Of a DNA stretch of 64,000 nt, positions 1-12,252 are shown piece by piece. The notes below the pieces were generated by a model. That model made no database searches and was not told the DNA's origin. It saw only the letters and a program-made list of their open reading frames with translations. Origin of the DNA: Vicugna vicugna (Eukaryota). Both the position numbers and the translations under genes were made by a program. How positions within the stretch are numbered: the stretch's first letter is position 1; every line of letters starts with the position of its first letter. The DNA lies in contig MU058198.1 of assembly GCA_013265495.1 (NCBI GenBank), positions 4,042,419-4,106,418 of the forward strand, written 5' to 3'.

Positions 1-1585
1 AACTGAAAGAAACGGGATTAAACAAGAATATTCAGAGATTTCTCATGAATTCTTTCAGTAATATAATCTCAAGTATAAACTGTTTATCAAGACTTTCTTT
101 GTTGCCTTTGAGATTTTTTTTTAAGATCATGTTAAAAGGACTTTTTAAAATAGCTATTGATATTTCATTATATACTGAAAACTGGAGGGTGAACATTTAT
201 CTTTTATTCAAGTCAACACCAGCATGAATCTTGCTTCACCACTTTGCAGTGTGGCTATTTAGTAATTTGCTATCGAATTGGCATTGGCCAGAATGAATCT
301 TTCTCAATTTAGTTTTCCATTTTTAAAGTCTTTAGTGGTAAAAGATACTAATGCAAGAGGAACATTAAAATATTCTTTTGTAGAGACATTGGCACCTTAA
401 AATTTTGATAATTGTTTACTGCATATGTTTTTCCCTAGGCTTAATAATATATGAATAAAGCTGGACGACTGATTCATGCCCTAAAAATTAGTAACAGATG
501 TAATGAAAAATGAACATGGGGCAAATTATTATCAGTGCTAGAAACCAGAGAAAGTATGGGAGGGGCAGACAGTCAAAAAGGTGTGATCTCTGTTACACAC
601 TATATTTTTAAACTTTTTTTTTTTAAGAAAAATATGCACCTATAATTCTCTTCTTTGAGAAAGCAGATGACCTCTTGGGAAGTACAAATAGGTCACCATG
701 GGCATTATGAATGCCTCGTGGGCTGGAGGGCCAAGGCAAGGTGGTGGAGCACGTGAGGAATATTCCCTTTGAGGCCACTTTTAATATGATGGAAAGTTGC
801 ACTTGCAGTGTCCTTAACCTGAGGCCATACAACGTTGATGGGAAGAGGGGAATATTCTATCCAGAAATAGATGGCTACACCTGGTCTCACTACCAGGCCA
901 CACAGGCCTCATTGCCCTGGCTATTACAGGTAAGGAGAAAAAAAACACTTAAAAGATACATAATTTTCAAATCATGGTATTGGTACCAGCAAGGGCAGGC
1001 AAGTAAGTGGGATGGAATAAAATTCCAGAAATTGACCCCAATGTAAAAGTCACGGCTTCAGCATAAGTAAATGTGAAAAGGATAGATTTTTCAGTAAGTG
1101 GTTTGAGAGAACTGAATAACACTTTAGAGTAAATTTCTTTTTCACATCTTGAAAGTTTTAGATGGATTAAATATTTTTATCCAAAATTTTATTACGTAAC
1201 CCAAGCGTTGATTAACTTTCTTCCAGTCTTCTAGGATCACCTTCTCTTTTAATAGTTCAGGTCTTTGTTTTTCAAATTGGCCAGTCAGCTGGAAACCCAG
1301 TCCTTCCTCAATATTTCTGATGATTCTTTTGAGATCGGGTTTATATCAGTTTACCCCTTTTTGATTTCCTGATGCTGATTTTTCTCTTCTCTTCTCACTG
1401 TAGTAGAATCTCAATCTTCATAAGTTTTATGACATTTCCCCAAGAACACATCCCATCCTCTCATCTCCCTATGTATCACATCAGCCTTTTCTGTCCTACA
1501 CCATAGGCTCTTCATCTTTTAAACTGAAATTAGTCAGTAAGGTACTTTTCTGAACCAAGAAAGAGTTCCCCTGTGATGAATTTAT

Positions 1586-1600
1586 GCCATTAGAGGGCAG
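1586..1600 (+). promoter_or_regulatory. CTCF-like motif GCCATTAGAGGGCAG
   Basis: Matches core CCASYAGRKGGCRS with one mismatch (T at the S position); motif only. Confidence 0.25.
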
Positions 1601-2199
1601 AAGAAGCTGCAGTTAGTTCTTTAAAATACCAACTCTTTTTTTTTCCCTCTACAACAATTTTAAAATTACAAACCCAACTATTACTCAGGAATACAAATGG
1701 CCAATTAACATTTGAAAAAGACGTCTGTCACTGGTAACAAAAATGCCAATAAAGCAAAGTTCTATTGACCTCAGGTGTTTAGAGTTATCTACAAGTCCAA
1801 GGCCAACCTGATTCCCCATCCTCCCCCCACCTTGATATTTGCACCAGGATTTGTCTATGATGGTTAATTCGCTTTTTCATGACGTTCACCCAGATCATGA
1901 TACCCACTCTCAGTTTGCAGGCTTTAAAATTTTCTATTTTGTTTTTAAACAAAGTCATACATAGTTTAAAAAGTCATACATTTCTTCAAGACTTACCGTC
2001 TCCTACCTGGACCCATTGCACCCCGACTCCAGTTCTTCAGAGGCAATCAGTTTCAACTCTGCTTGTTCTTTCTTTAAAAACAAAAAACCTTGTTTACAGT
2101 AATAAAAAAAAAACAGCATACTCTTCTTATTTCTTGATTTTCCAGTTTCAAGTATTAACTATTACTGACTAGCTCTTCCTTGTCCCCCCTCCTTTCCTC

Positions 2200-3870
2200 T
2201 GCTTACTTTGTGTTTCATTTGCTTCCTCTAGTTTCTTAACATAATAGCTCAAGTTATTAAGTTGATATTTTTCTTTTCTAAAATACACATTTCAGATTAC
2301 AAGTTTCCATTTAAATACTCCATGAGCTGCATTAACATTATTCTATGTTGTGTTTTCATTCAGTTCAAAATTCTTTCTCGTTTCCTTTTGATTTCTCCTT
2401 AATAACCCATGATTATTAAGTGTGTTATTTAGTTTCCAACTATTGGGGGATTTTTCGGATTTGCTTCTGTTATTGATTTACAATTTAATTCCATTTTGGT
2501 CAGAGAAGGTACTTTGTATTATTTTAATCCACTTTCTTAAGCTCTGTTTTATGACTGAGACTATGTTTTATGTTTTATCTGTACTGGAAAAGAATGTATA
2601 TTCTGCTGTTACATGGAATGTTCAAAACATGTCCACTAGGTCAGCTTTGTTAAAACGCTGGGTCTTCCTTCCCTTACTTATTCCCTGTCTAGTTGTTTTA
2701 TTAGTTAATGAGAGACGTGGAAATATCTGCCCATAATTGTGGATTTATCTGTTTCCCTTTAGTGGTCTATCTATATCTATATCCAGTTGTGCTTCATGTA
2801 TTTTGAAGCTCTCCTATTTGATGAATAAATATTTAGGATTTTTATATCCTTTTGGTAACTGACTTCTTTGCATTATGAAATTACCTTCTTTGTCCATTGT
2901 CGCAGACATCTGTCTAAGTCTGATATTAACAGAGTCCCTCCAGCTTTCTTTGGAGTAATGTTAGCATGGTGTGTCTTTTTCAATCTATTTATTTTGAAAC
3001 TATTTGTATTTTATATTTAAAACAGGTTTCTTTTAGCATGTGATTGGTGTTTACTTTTCTATTCAATTTGATAATCTTTGTTTTTGAATGGAATATTTAG
3101 ACCATTTACATTTAATGTGATTATTGACATGGATGGGTTAACTCATCTGTTCTTTCCCTCCCCTGCCCCTACTTTTCTGCTTTCCTTTAGATGAAATGAG
3201 TATTATTATTATTCCAGTTCATCGCCTCTGTTAGCTTATTAACTATGACACTAAATTAGGTTATTTTCATGGTTGCCTCAGGGTTTACAGTACGCACCTT
3301 TAACTTATCACAGTCTACTTTTAAGTGATATTTTGCTTTACATATAGTTAGTATAAGAATCTTACAACAGGATATTTCCATTTCTCCCCTCCTGATCTTT
3401 CTGCTATTTCCACCATACACTTTACTTCTATTTATTTTGTATGTCCACAACACATTGTTATTATTTTTGGTTTTAACGTTATTTTCAAAGAGATTTAAAT
3501 AAGAAACAAAGTCTTTATATTTTCCCACATAGGTACCATTTCTTGTGTTCTTTATTCCTTTACGTAGATCCAGATTTCCATCTGGTATCATTTTCCTCTG
3601 TCTGAAAGATTTCCTTGAACGTTTCCTATAGTGTGGGTCTGCCAGTGATACAAGCCTTTAGAAGACTAAAACACACTTTTGATATGCTCTCATTTTTGAC
3701 AGACTTTTGCCAAGTACAGATTTCTAGATTGACTTTTTTTTTCCTTTTAATACTTTAAAGATGTTGTTACACAGATGTTAATACTTTAAAGATGTTCTCA
3801 CTTGCATTTTTCCAACAAAAATATTGCCCTTATTCTCATCTTGGTTTCCTCTGTATGGCAAATGCCTTCC
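2200..3870 (-). mobile_element. Old, decayed L1 (L1M-type) ORF2/ORF1-region fragment
   Basis: T-rich antisense L1 text, e.g. 'tttaattccattttggtcagag', 'aagaatgtatattctgctg', 'tttagaccatttacatttaatgtgattattga'. Confidence 0.75.
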
Positions 3871-3884
3871 CCCCTCATTGCTTT

Positions 3885-4730
3885 TTTATTTTTTGTAACG
3901 ATTTTATCAAGATATAATTCACATCCCATACAATTTACACACTTAAAATATACAATTCAGTGGTTTTCAGTATATTCACAGAGTTGTGCAGCAACTACCA
4001 CAATCAACTGTAGAATATTTATATCATCCCAAAAAGAAACACACCTTTTAGATATTACTTCCTCTTCAACATCCTCATCTCCTTCAGCCCTAATCTCCTT
4101 TCTGTCTCTACAGATGTATCTATATTGCATATTTCGTATAAAGGGAATCATAATATGTGGTTCTTTTGGTGACTGGCTGCTTTCACTTAACATAATGTTT
4201 TCAAGGTTCACCCATGTTGTAGCATGTATCAGTATTTATTTTTATGGCCAAATAATATTCCATTGTCCTTTCCATTCATCAGCTGATAGACATTTGGGTT
4301 GTTTCTAGCTTTTGGCTGTCGTGATTAATGCTGCTATGAACACACATATACCAGTTTTTATATGAACCTATGTGTTTTGGGGGTTTTTGTGTGTAATTTT
4401 TCTAATGTTTTTCTTTGTTTTGTGATTTTGGGGGGAGGGTGATTAGGTTTATTTGTTTAAATGGAGGTACTGGGGGTGGAACCCACGACCTCGTGCATGC
4501 TAAGCACACACTCTATCGCTGAGCTATACCCTCCCCCCATGAATATATGTTTTAATTTCTCTTGGATATATACTTAAGACCAGAATTGTTGGATCAAGTG
4601 GTACCTGTATGCCTACATTTTTGAGGAAATACCAGACTGTTTTCCAAAGTGGCTGCACCATTTTACATTCTCAACAGCAGTGTATGAGAGTCCAGTTTCT
4701 CCACACCTTTGCCTAGCATGGTATTATCCT
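3885..4730 (-). mobile_element. L1 (L1MB-like) 3' end, interrupted by a SINE
   Basis: 'gatataattcacatcccatacaattt', 'tcaaggttcacccatgttgtagcatg', 'ttttccaaagtggctgcaccattttacattc'. Confidence 0.8.
4374..4538 (-). mobile_element. tRNA-Ala-like SINE (camelid Vic-1-like)
   Basis: Reverse complement of GGGGAGGGTATAGCTCAG..GTTC head with A/B boxes and AAATAAACCTAAT body; degenerate TSD atgaacctatgt/atgaatatatgt. Confidence 0.9.
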
Positions 4731-4734
4731 TTTT

Positions 4735-6097
4735 CACATTGAAGTATAGTTGATTTACAATGCTGTGTTAGTTTCAGGTGTATAGCAAAGTGATTCAGTT
4801 ATACATACCCACACACATATTCTTCTTCAGATTCTTTTCCATTATAGGTTATTACAAGATATTGAATATAGTTCCCTGTGCTATACTGTAGGTCCTCGTT
4901 ATTTATCTATTTTATTTATAGTAGTGTGTATCTGTTAACCACAAACCCCTAATTCATCCCTCCCTCCCTTCCCCTTTTAGTAACCATAAGTTTGTTTTCT
5001 ATGTCTGTGAGCGTATTTCTGATTTGTAAATAAGTTAATTTGTATCATTTTTTTAGATTCCACATATAAATGATATTATATGATATTTGTCTTTCTCTGT
5101 CTGACTTACTTCACTCAGTATGATCATCTCTAGATCCATCCAAATGGATGCAAATGGCATTATTTCATTCCTTTTTGTGGCTGAGTAATATTCCCTTTTT
5201 TATATATACAGCTTTATCCAGTCATCTGTTGATGGACATTTAAGTTGCTTCCATGTCTTGGCTGTTGTAAGTAGTGCTGCTCTGAATATTGGGGTGCATA
5301 TATCTTTTTGAATTAGAGTTTTTATCTTTTCCAGATACATGCCCAGGAGTGGGACTGCTGGATCACCTTTAGTATTTTAAGGAACCTCCATACCATTCTC
5401 CATAGTGGCCGCACCAATTTACATTCCCACCAACAGTGTAGGAGGGTTTCCTTTTCGCCACATCCTCTTCAGCATTTATTATTTGTAGACTTTTTGATGA
5501 TGGACATTCTGCCTGAGTGAGGTGATACCTCATCGTAGTTTTGATTTGCTTTTCTCTAATAATTAGCGACGTTGAGCATCTTTTCATCTGCCTGTTGGCC
5601 ATCTGTATTGTCTGCTTTGGAAAAATGTGTATTTAGGTCTTCTGCCCATTTTTTGATTTGGTTGTTTGTTTTTTCTGATAGAGCTATGTGAGTTGTTTGT
5701 ATATTTTGGAAATTAAGCCCTTAGCAGTCTCATCATTTGCAAATATTTTCTCCCATTGCATAGGTTCTTTTCATTTTGTTTATGGTTTCCTTTGCTGTGC
5801 AGAATCTTTTAAAAAATTTAATTAGCTCCCATTTGTTTATTTTTGTTTTTATTTCAGTTACCATAGAAGGTGGATGTACAAAAATATTGCTGCAATTTAT
5901 CTCAAAGAGTGTTCTATGTTTTACTCTAGGAATTTTATAGTATCCAGGCTTACAGAATGTTCTGATTTCATTCTTTTACAAGTAGCTGTCCAGTTTTCCC
6001 AGCACCACTTACTGAAGAGACTGTCTTTTCTCCATTGTATATTCTCACATCTTTTGTTGTAGATTAATTGACCATAGCTGCGTGGATTTATTTCTGA
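4735..6097 (-). mobile_element. Artiodactyl-type L1, 3'UTR plus ORF2 C-terminal fragment
   Basis: ORFs 5369-5602 ([22 protein letters not shown]) and 5921-6193 ([21 protein letters not shown]) are L1 ORF2p; typical 3' end 'ttgaagtatagttgatttacaat'. Confidence 0.92.
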
Positions 6098-6119
6098 ACA
6101 GACCATTGTGAGCTTTGAA

Positions 6120-6355
6120 ACAGCTTCAAGTGGCCTAATATATTTGTACTTGAAGACCCTGAAAAGAGGGGGATAGAAAAAACATTTTTTCAAATCACAG
6201 CTGAAATTTTTCTGAAAAGATGGAAACTATAAATACACAGATCCAAAAAGCTAAACAAACACCAATCACAAGAAATGTAAAGAAAACTACACCAAATGAT
6301 ATCATAATCAATTTTTAAAAAACCAATGATAGAAAATATTAATAGCAGTCAGGGG
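6120..6355 (+). mobile_element. Old L1 ORF1-region fragment
   Basis: 'aaatacacagatccaaaaagctaaacaaacaccaa...aagaaaactacacc' resembles L1 ORF1 coding sequence. Confidence 0.6.
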
Positions 6356-6394
6356 TCACTTCATGCCTGCTAAGATTGCTTTTAAAAAAAAGGC

Positions 6395-6715
6395 GTTTTG
6401 CAGATGACATGATACCATACATAGAAAATCTTAAGACACCACCAGAAAATTCCTAGAGCTCATCAATGAATTCAGTAAAGTTGCAGGATACAAAATTAAT
6501 ATACAGAAATCTGTTGCATTTCTATGCACTAACCATGACAAAATAGCAGAAAGAGAAACTAGGGAAACAATCCCACTTACCATCGCATCAAAAAGAATAA
6601 ATTATCTAGGAATAAACCAGGCAAAAGACTGGTATTCTGAAAACTGTAAGACTCTGTTGACAGAAACTGAAGATGACACAAACAGATGGAAAGATACATT
6701 GTGTTTGGATTGGGG
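6395..6715 (+). mobile_element. L1 ORF2 reverse-transcriptase fragment
   Basis: tttgcagatgacatgata encodes FADDMI; followed by LINEFSKVAGYKINIQKSVAFL. Confidence 0.92.
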
Positions 6716-7054
6716 ATTTGCTGACAAGGAATATGACTTGTAGAAACGCGTAAGGCAAGGTCTCTGTCCTTGAGGTGCACTTTCAAATTTCAGTCACACG
6801 AACGCAGGTGGCACCAACGTCCTAAGTGCTCTATTTGTCTAAACCCAAGGCTCGTTTCTACCCTAAGCCCTCAGTCTGCCCCACACAGCTGTTGATTTAT
6901 CTCATCATATAAACTCAGCCACCTGTGCCTACCACAGACATCTTCTCTGCTCTCATTGTATAGGATGGAACAGAACAAAACTTCTGATTTGGAATGAGAT
7001 CTTTCCTCTCACATGCATTTTCACTGCTGTCCATCTGGTCTTAAAATATACTAT

Positions 7055-7328
7055 TCCTATGTGGAACCTAAAAAAAAGGATACAAATGAACTTATTCACA
7101 AAACAGAAACAGACTCACAGACGTAGAAAACAAACTTAATGGTTACCAGGGGGAAAAAGGGGTAAGAAGAGATAAATTAGGAGTTCGAGATTTGCAGATA
7201 CTAACTACTATATATAAAATAGATAAATAACAAGTTTCTACTGTCTAGCACAGGGAACTATATTCAATATCTTGTAGTAACCTATAATGAAAAAGAAAAT
7301 AAAAAGAAACTTATGTGTGTGTGTGTAT

Positions 7329-7361
<33 letters not shown>

Positions 7362-7432
7362 AAACTGAAACATTATGTTGTACACCAGAAACTGATACAA
7401 CATTGTAAGCTGACTGTACTTCAATTTTTTAA
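7055..7432 (+). mobile_element. L1 3'UTR fragment with internal (TA)n
   Basis: 'aaacagaaacagactcacagacgtagaaaacaaactt', 'agcacagggaactatattcaatatcttgta'. Confidence 0.9.
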
Positions 7433-7624
7433 AAATTGGGAAAAAAATATAATCTTCCTTTGCTCAAACAGGCCCCCATATTGTAGAGTGGCAGTAAATC
7501 ATACTGTCTCCTCCTAAGGAAAGTGGTCCATATAGTTTGTTTACCTGTTTATTTGAGTGAGTATCATAGCTTAGGATCAACCCTAGGATGGAGAATGACA
7601 AGAGAAAAAAATCTAATTCGACTT

Positions 7625-7905
7625 TATTTTTATTTATTTATTTTTTTAAATTGAAGTGTAGTCAGTTACAATGTGTCAGTCTCTGGTGCACCGCATAATG
7701 TCCCAGTCATGCAAATACATACGTGTATTCATCTTCATTCCTTTTTCATTAAAGGTTATTATAAGATATTGAATAGAGTTCCCTGCGCTGTGCAGAAGAA
7801 ATTTGTTTTTCTTCTATTTTTATATATAGTAGTTAATATTTGCAAGTCTTGAACTCCCAAATTTATCCCTTCCCACCCCCATAACCGTAAGATTGTTTAC
7901 TATGT
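7625..7905 (-). mobile_element. L1 3'UTR fragment
   Basis: Poly-T then 'ttgaagtgtagtcagttacaatgtgtca', 'aagatattgaatagagttccctgcgc'. Confidence 0.88.
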
Positions 7906-8094
7906 AATTTGACTGACTTTAAATCTGAAGCAGAGAAAAACCACCCAGATGAGTTTATTTGGAAGTGATTAGATTAAATTTCCTATATTGGGTGGAACGG
8001 AGGTGGGGGGGGCTGGAAGGAGAGGTGACACTGGGGGTGTAGACAAGCAGAGGACTCCCATTTTTGCAGGCCCGAGTCTGTGTGACTCTGAAAT

Positions 8095-8290
8095 TTGTAC
8101 CTGCTACATCTGTTTATGTCTCTGTTGCTTCTCCCAGACAGCGTGCACCGCCGGCACAGAGATCTTGCTTTACACATTTCTTTAACATCTCTTCCTTTCT
8201 CCTTTCTCGGTGCCTAGCACAAGACCTACAACATAGTAGGTGCTCGACAAAAACGTTTATTTCGTAAAAGACTGTTTGAGTGAAGGAACA
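8095..8290 (+). mobile_element. L2 3' end fragment
   Basis: 'gtgcctagcacaagacctacaacatagtaggtgctcgacaaa' is the L2 terminal motif. Confidence 0.7.
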
Positions 8291-8299
8291 AGTGAGAAG

Positions 8300-9700
8300 A
8301 GGTTACTGCAATGGGAAAAAAACGAGCCAAAGAGATTTTTAAACCAGATCTATTTAACTGCATCCTGATTAAGGAGAGAAATGAAGGAATGCGTCTGTGC
8401 AGAGAGCGAGAAGCAGACACAACGGAGCTACGATCTCTAGGAGGAGACAGCCTAATCAGAGCCAGACGGGGCCCCACCTGACTCCTACTGCAGCTGGGGA
8501 AAAAAAAAAAAAGACTAGAAGGTTCATCGGGAGCAGTCTCGCCTTCTCCTGCAGCTCCACGGCCTCCCACCTCCGCCCCACTCCCACCGCTCTGCGAGGA
8601 GGCATGGAAGCTGTGGGGAGGGGAGGCAGCCGAGCTGGGCTTTCCAGAACGAGGCAGGATGGTGTGAGCTCAAACGCCCTGCAATTGCTGGAGCAACGGT
8701 GGCGACACTTGAGTTATTCACAAAGGCTGGAATTCAAATGAGGCTGGCACTGCTCCAAGTCGCAATAGCTTAGGAGGAGGGTGAAAGGCATATTAACTAT
8801 TCATCAAGATCTGAGCGTTGCATGGGCTCTGAGGTTCTCCATCTGCATCCCTCCTTCTTATCACTGATTTCTGGGGGGAGGGGGGCTCCTCCAGAAGCAC
8901 TTCAGCTGCCAGTCTGAGCTGGAGGTGGGGGTGGGGGGCTGAAGTTAGGCAGATTTGCCTCATCACATGATGGGGGACCTGTATCATGTGATGACTCCGG
9001 TGATGTTGGAGGCAGCATGTGACTCCCAGAGCTACGTGGGCTCAAAAACAATTTAAATACAAAAACACAAGCAGGTTCCCCTCCTCTCCTTTGCCTTTTG
9101 GTCTGGCTCTCCCTACCTTTGGGTTGGTGCTCGACTGAATGGAAAATCCGTCGTCTTGCAGCCACTAACCTGTGAGCACCAGGTACCTGGAGACCAGGCC
9201 CCTCTGCTGGGGGTCCCCCAGGAGCTGTTCCCCATCATCCTGCAGCCTGGTAAGTTCCTGAACACTTTGAGCAATTACGTGCGAAGCTGTCCTAGACGGC
9301 CTCATTAGCATGCACGGGCACCCTCGTTGCGCACGTTGGAAGGAAAGTGCCTGCGGGCCCTGGGGAGCTGCGGCTCCCAGCCCCGCCAGGCAGACGCAGC
9401 CCTCCTGGGGAGCAGCGCTGCGCCGCTGTGCTGGGGTGGCAGGAGTTCTCCCTCTCTTCTCCCCGTCTTCCCGGCTGCCTCTCCCTCGTCTTCTCTCTCC
9501 TCTCTCCGTCTCGCTCCTCTGCGTCTCCCTCGTCTCACCTCCTCCCTCTCCACTCCCCTCTTATTTCCTCTTTCTATTCGCCCCCACCATCTGTCTCTCT
9601 CTCCCACTGCTTTTCTTAGGAGTTCCTCTCCCCCTCGCTTTTAAACATTTTTTTTTTTGGTACCTAGATTTTATGTTCTTTCTGTCTAGAACCTGAAGGA
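8300..9700. promoter_or_regulatory. Unique GC/CpG-enriched promoter- or enhancer-like region
   Basis: No repeat recognised; CpG cluster about 9280-9540; GC box ctccgccccactccc near 8571; G-runs 8872-8938; E/M-boxes 8963-9023; about 200-nt pyrimidine tract 9447-9640. Confidence 0.5.
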
Positions 9701-10269
9701 CCAGCTTCTGAGGACTTGGTGACTGGAAATTTACTAACAGTCCCTCCTGAGATGATTTGCTCACTAAGACAATGCAGACGGCCCCCTCCAGTCCTGTATG
9801 TGTGTGCCTGTGCCTGTGCCTGTGTGTTAAGGGTGACTGGTATGTTTCTTGGGGCCATCAGAACTGTTTCTTGGGTGGATGTCTGCTGGCTCCAGATCCC
9901 TGCTCAGCCAGGGGTTCATCAGGTGATAGGAGCGGCGGTTACAGCAGTTGCTCTGACCCCAAATGTCTGACTCACTCTGTGGGCGAAATTGCGTCTTAAA
10001 GCAGGAGTCAAAATCCAGTGCTCAGTGCTCAGGGGCTCGCTCAGATGTCACAAGGCATCTCACAGAGGTTGAGGCCCCACCTTTGCAGAATGAGGCAGAG
10101 TGTTGGCTGAGAAACTAGCCAGTGGGAAGACACACGTTGATTTAATCATGGCAGGGTCTGTCGACACATAAGAGGGAGATGTTGGCTGTGTCACAACCTT
10201 CTGGGTCACTGTTATCCAGGTATGCTGACATCCGTTCAGCAAGAAACAACAATTATTGAGAACAATCCA

Positions 10270-10440
10270 CTCAACAATTCAATGAGGAAGTACTATTTGA
10301 ATTCCCATTTTAGAGATGGATAAACTGAGGCACAAAGGAGTTAGGTCACTCAGTTAGTAAGTGATGGAGCTAGGATTTGATTTGAGCCCAGGCAGCTTAT
10401 CTCCAGAGCCTGCACTGTGAACCACTATGATAAACTGCCT
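10270..10440 (-). mobile_element. MIR SINE
   Basis: 'cccattttagagatggataaactgaggcacaaaggagtta...gtaagtgatggagctaggatttga'. Confidence 0.85.
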
Positions 10441-10984
10441 CAAAAAACATTCCTTTGTGATAGATGGTGTGCAAGGTTTGGGGCTACATTTGTGAACAGA
10501 GACATCCTGTTCTCATGGAGTTTACAATCCAGTGGGAAAGGCAGCTAGGAAACATACCATCACACAAGACAATATATTGATTCAAATTAGGGTACTTGTT
10601 AAGAGGGAGAGCAATAGGGTAGCATGAGAATGTGTAATCAGAGTTGGGGGCGAGGGGAAGGTGTCCCCTCTGTGGATGTAATATTTAATATTTAAATTAT
10701 GACTTGAAAGAAGAGCAGGAGTCAACCAGGTGAAGAGCAAGGAAGAGCAGATAGAGGGAGTGGCATGTGTGGGGTCTCGGTGTGGGGAAGAGCTGGGACA
10801 ACTTGAAGAGCAACAAAAGCAGTACTGTAACAGGAAGTGAGGCCATCCCGATAATGTGGGTCACCGTTGGCTTTGCTCAGATGACTTGGGTTTCACCCCA
10901 GGGTCCATGAGCAACCATTCAAGCATTTTGAGTAAGGAAGTAGCGTGCTTGGATCTGCAGTATGAAAAGACTCCTTCCAGAGAT

Positions 10985-11468
10985 GTATCAGTCAGTTTTT
11001 GCTTCGTTACAAACCACCCCAAAATTCAGTAGCTTAAAACAACAATCATTGGTAGCTCATTATGCTGCAAATTGGTAGTTGTGGCTGGGATTATCTGGAC
11101 GGTGGTGCTGGGTTCACTCAGATAGCTAGTCAGCTGGCAGGCTGGCTGGGGGCGATTGATCTCAGGTGGTCTCACTCCCGTGTCTGCTAATGGGCAGAGG
11201 CAGTTGAAACTGACCAGCCACGTGTCTCCACATCTAACAAGCTAGTCCAGTCATCTTCATATTAGGACCGGGTTCCAAATCAGCAAGAGACAAGAAGCCC
11301 CAGTGCACAAGTACTTTTCAAAGACCTGCTTTGTTTTTACTAGTTGTGTTTGCTAGTGTTCCATTAGCCTAGACAAGTTACATGGTCAATGCAGATTCAA
11401 GAGATGAGGAGATACATACTTCTTGAAGGGAAGCATTATGACACACTGTGTCACTTTGTTTCCAGCCT
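10985..11468. mobile_element. MaLR LTR (MLT1 family)
   Basis: 'tgtatcagtcag..ttacaaaccaccccaaaattcagtagcttaaaacaacaatcatt', 'ccattagcctagacaagttacatggtcaa'. Confidence 0.8.
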
Positions 11469-12045
11469 ACAACATGAATTCAAAAAGGTTAGCTGGATAC
11501 TGTCTTCCACTACTATGGGAAGACTGGAAAGCCAAGAGGAAATTTGGAGCCAATTTTGCTATGTTTGGAGATGAACTTCGACCTGGTCATGTATCAGACC
11601 TTATTTTCTGCTGAGAACAAGGGAGTCAGAGCATCTGTTCTGGATGTGGATCAGGAGAGTGTCTAGAAAGTGGTGTGGAAATGTCTCCTCTTCTCACGAG
11701 GTAATCTGGAAATGACTTGGAGTTGGAGAAGACTTTGAGGTTTTTACCCTAGAATGAAATTTGGGCCATATGGAGCGTGTATTAGTGTTCTGGGCAAGGC
11801 AGCCACATGTACAAAGCAAGCAAGTAGGTGACTTGTTTTGGGAAATAGAAGGCATTTGGCTTAATGTAATTGTAGTGGAAATGAAATGAGGGTAGACAGA
11901 TTAGAAAAGTATTTAAGAGGTAGAAAGAACAAGTCTTTGCTGATTGATTTGATAGTTTAAGGGACGTATTAATGAAGACCTGCAGGTTGGTAATCCCATT
12001 TCCTAAGGTGGAAAGAGTAGAGGAGGATCAGAATACTTCGGTGGG

Positions 12046-12252
12046 AGGGGGAGGGTATAGCTCAAGTGGTAGAGTGCTTACCTAGCATGCATAAAGTCTT
12101 GGGTTCAATCGCCAGTACCTCCTCTAAAAATAAGTAAACCTGGTTACCCCCACCACCCCCAAAATAAAAGAATTAAATGATGAATAAAACAAGGCTTTTC
12201 AAAAAAAAAAAACAAAAAGGTTGAGAATGGGGGAATTTCTAAAAAAAAAAAA
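12046..12252 (+). mobile_element. tRNA-Ala-like SINE (Vic-1-like) with extended tail
   Basis: GGGGAGGGTATAGCTCAAGTGGTAGAG..GGTTCAATC; degenerate TSD agaatacttcggtgg / agaatattttggtgg. Confidence 0.9.

Noticed and set aside
9412..9435. NRSE/REST-like motif on the minus strand (CAGCACAGCGGCGCAGCGCT)
   Set aside because: Spacing is off by one and the GGACAG core is missing; likely chance in GC-rich DNA.
9305..9696. Overlapping ORFs in the CpG-rich region
   Set aside because: Low-complexity translations of GC-rich and pyrimidine-tract sequence with no recognisable domain.
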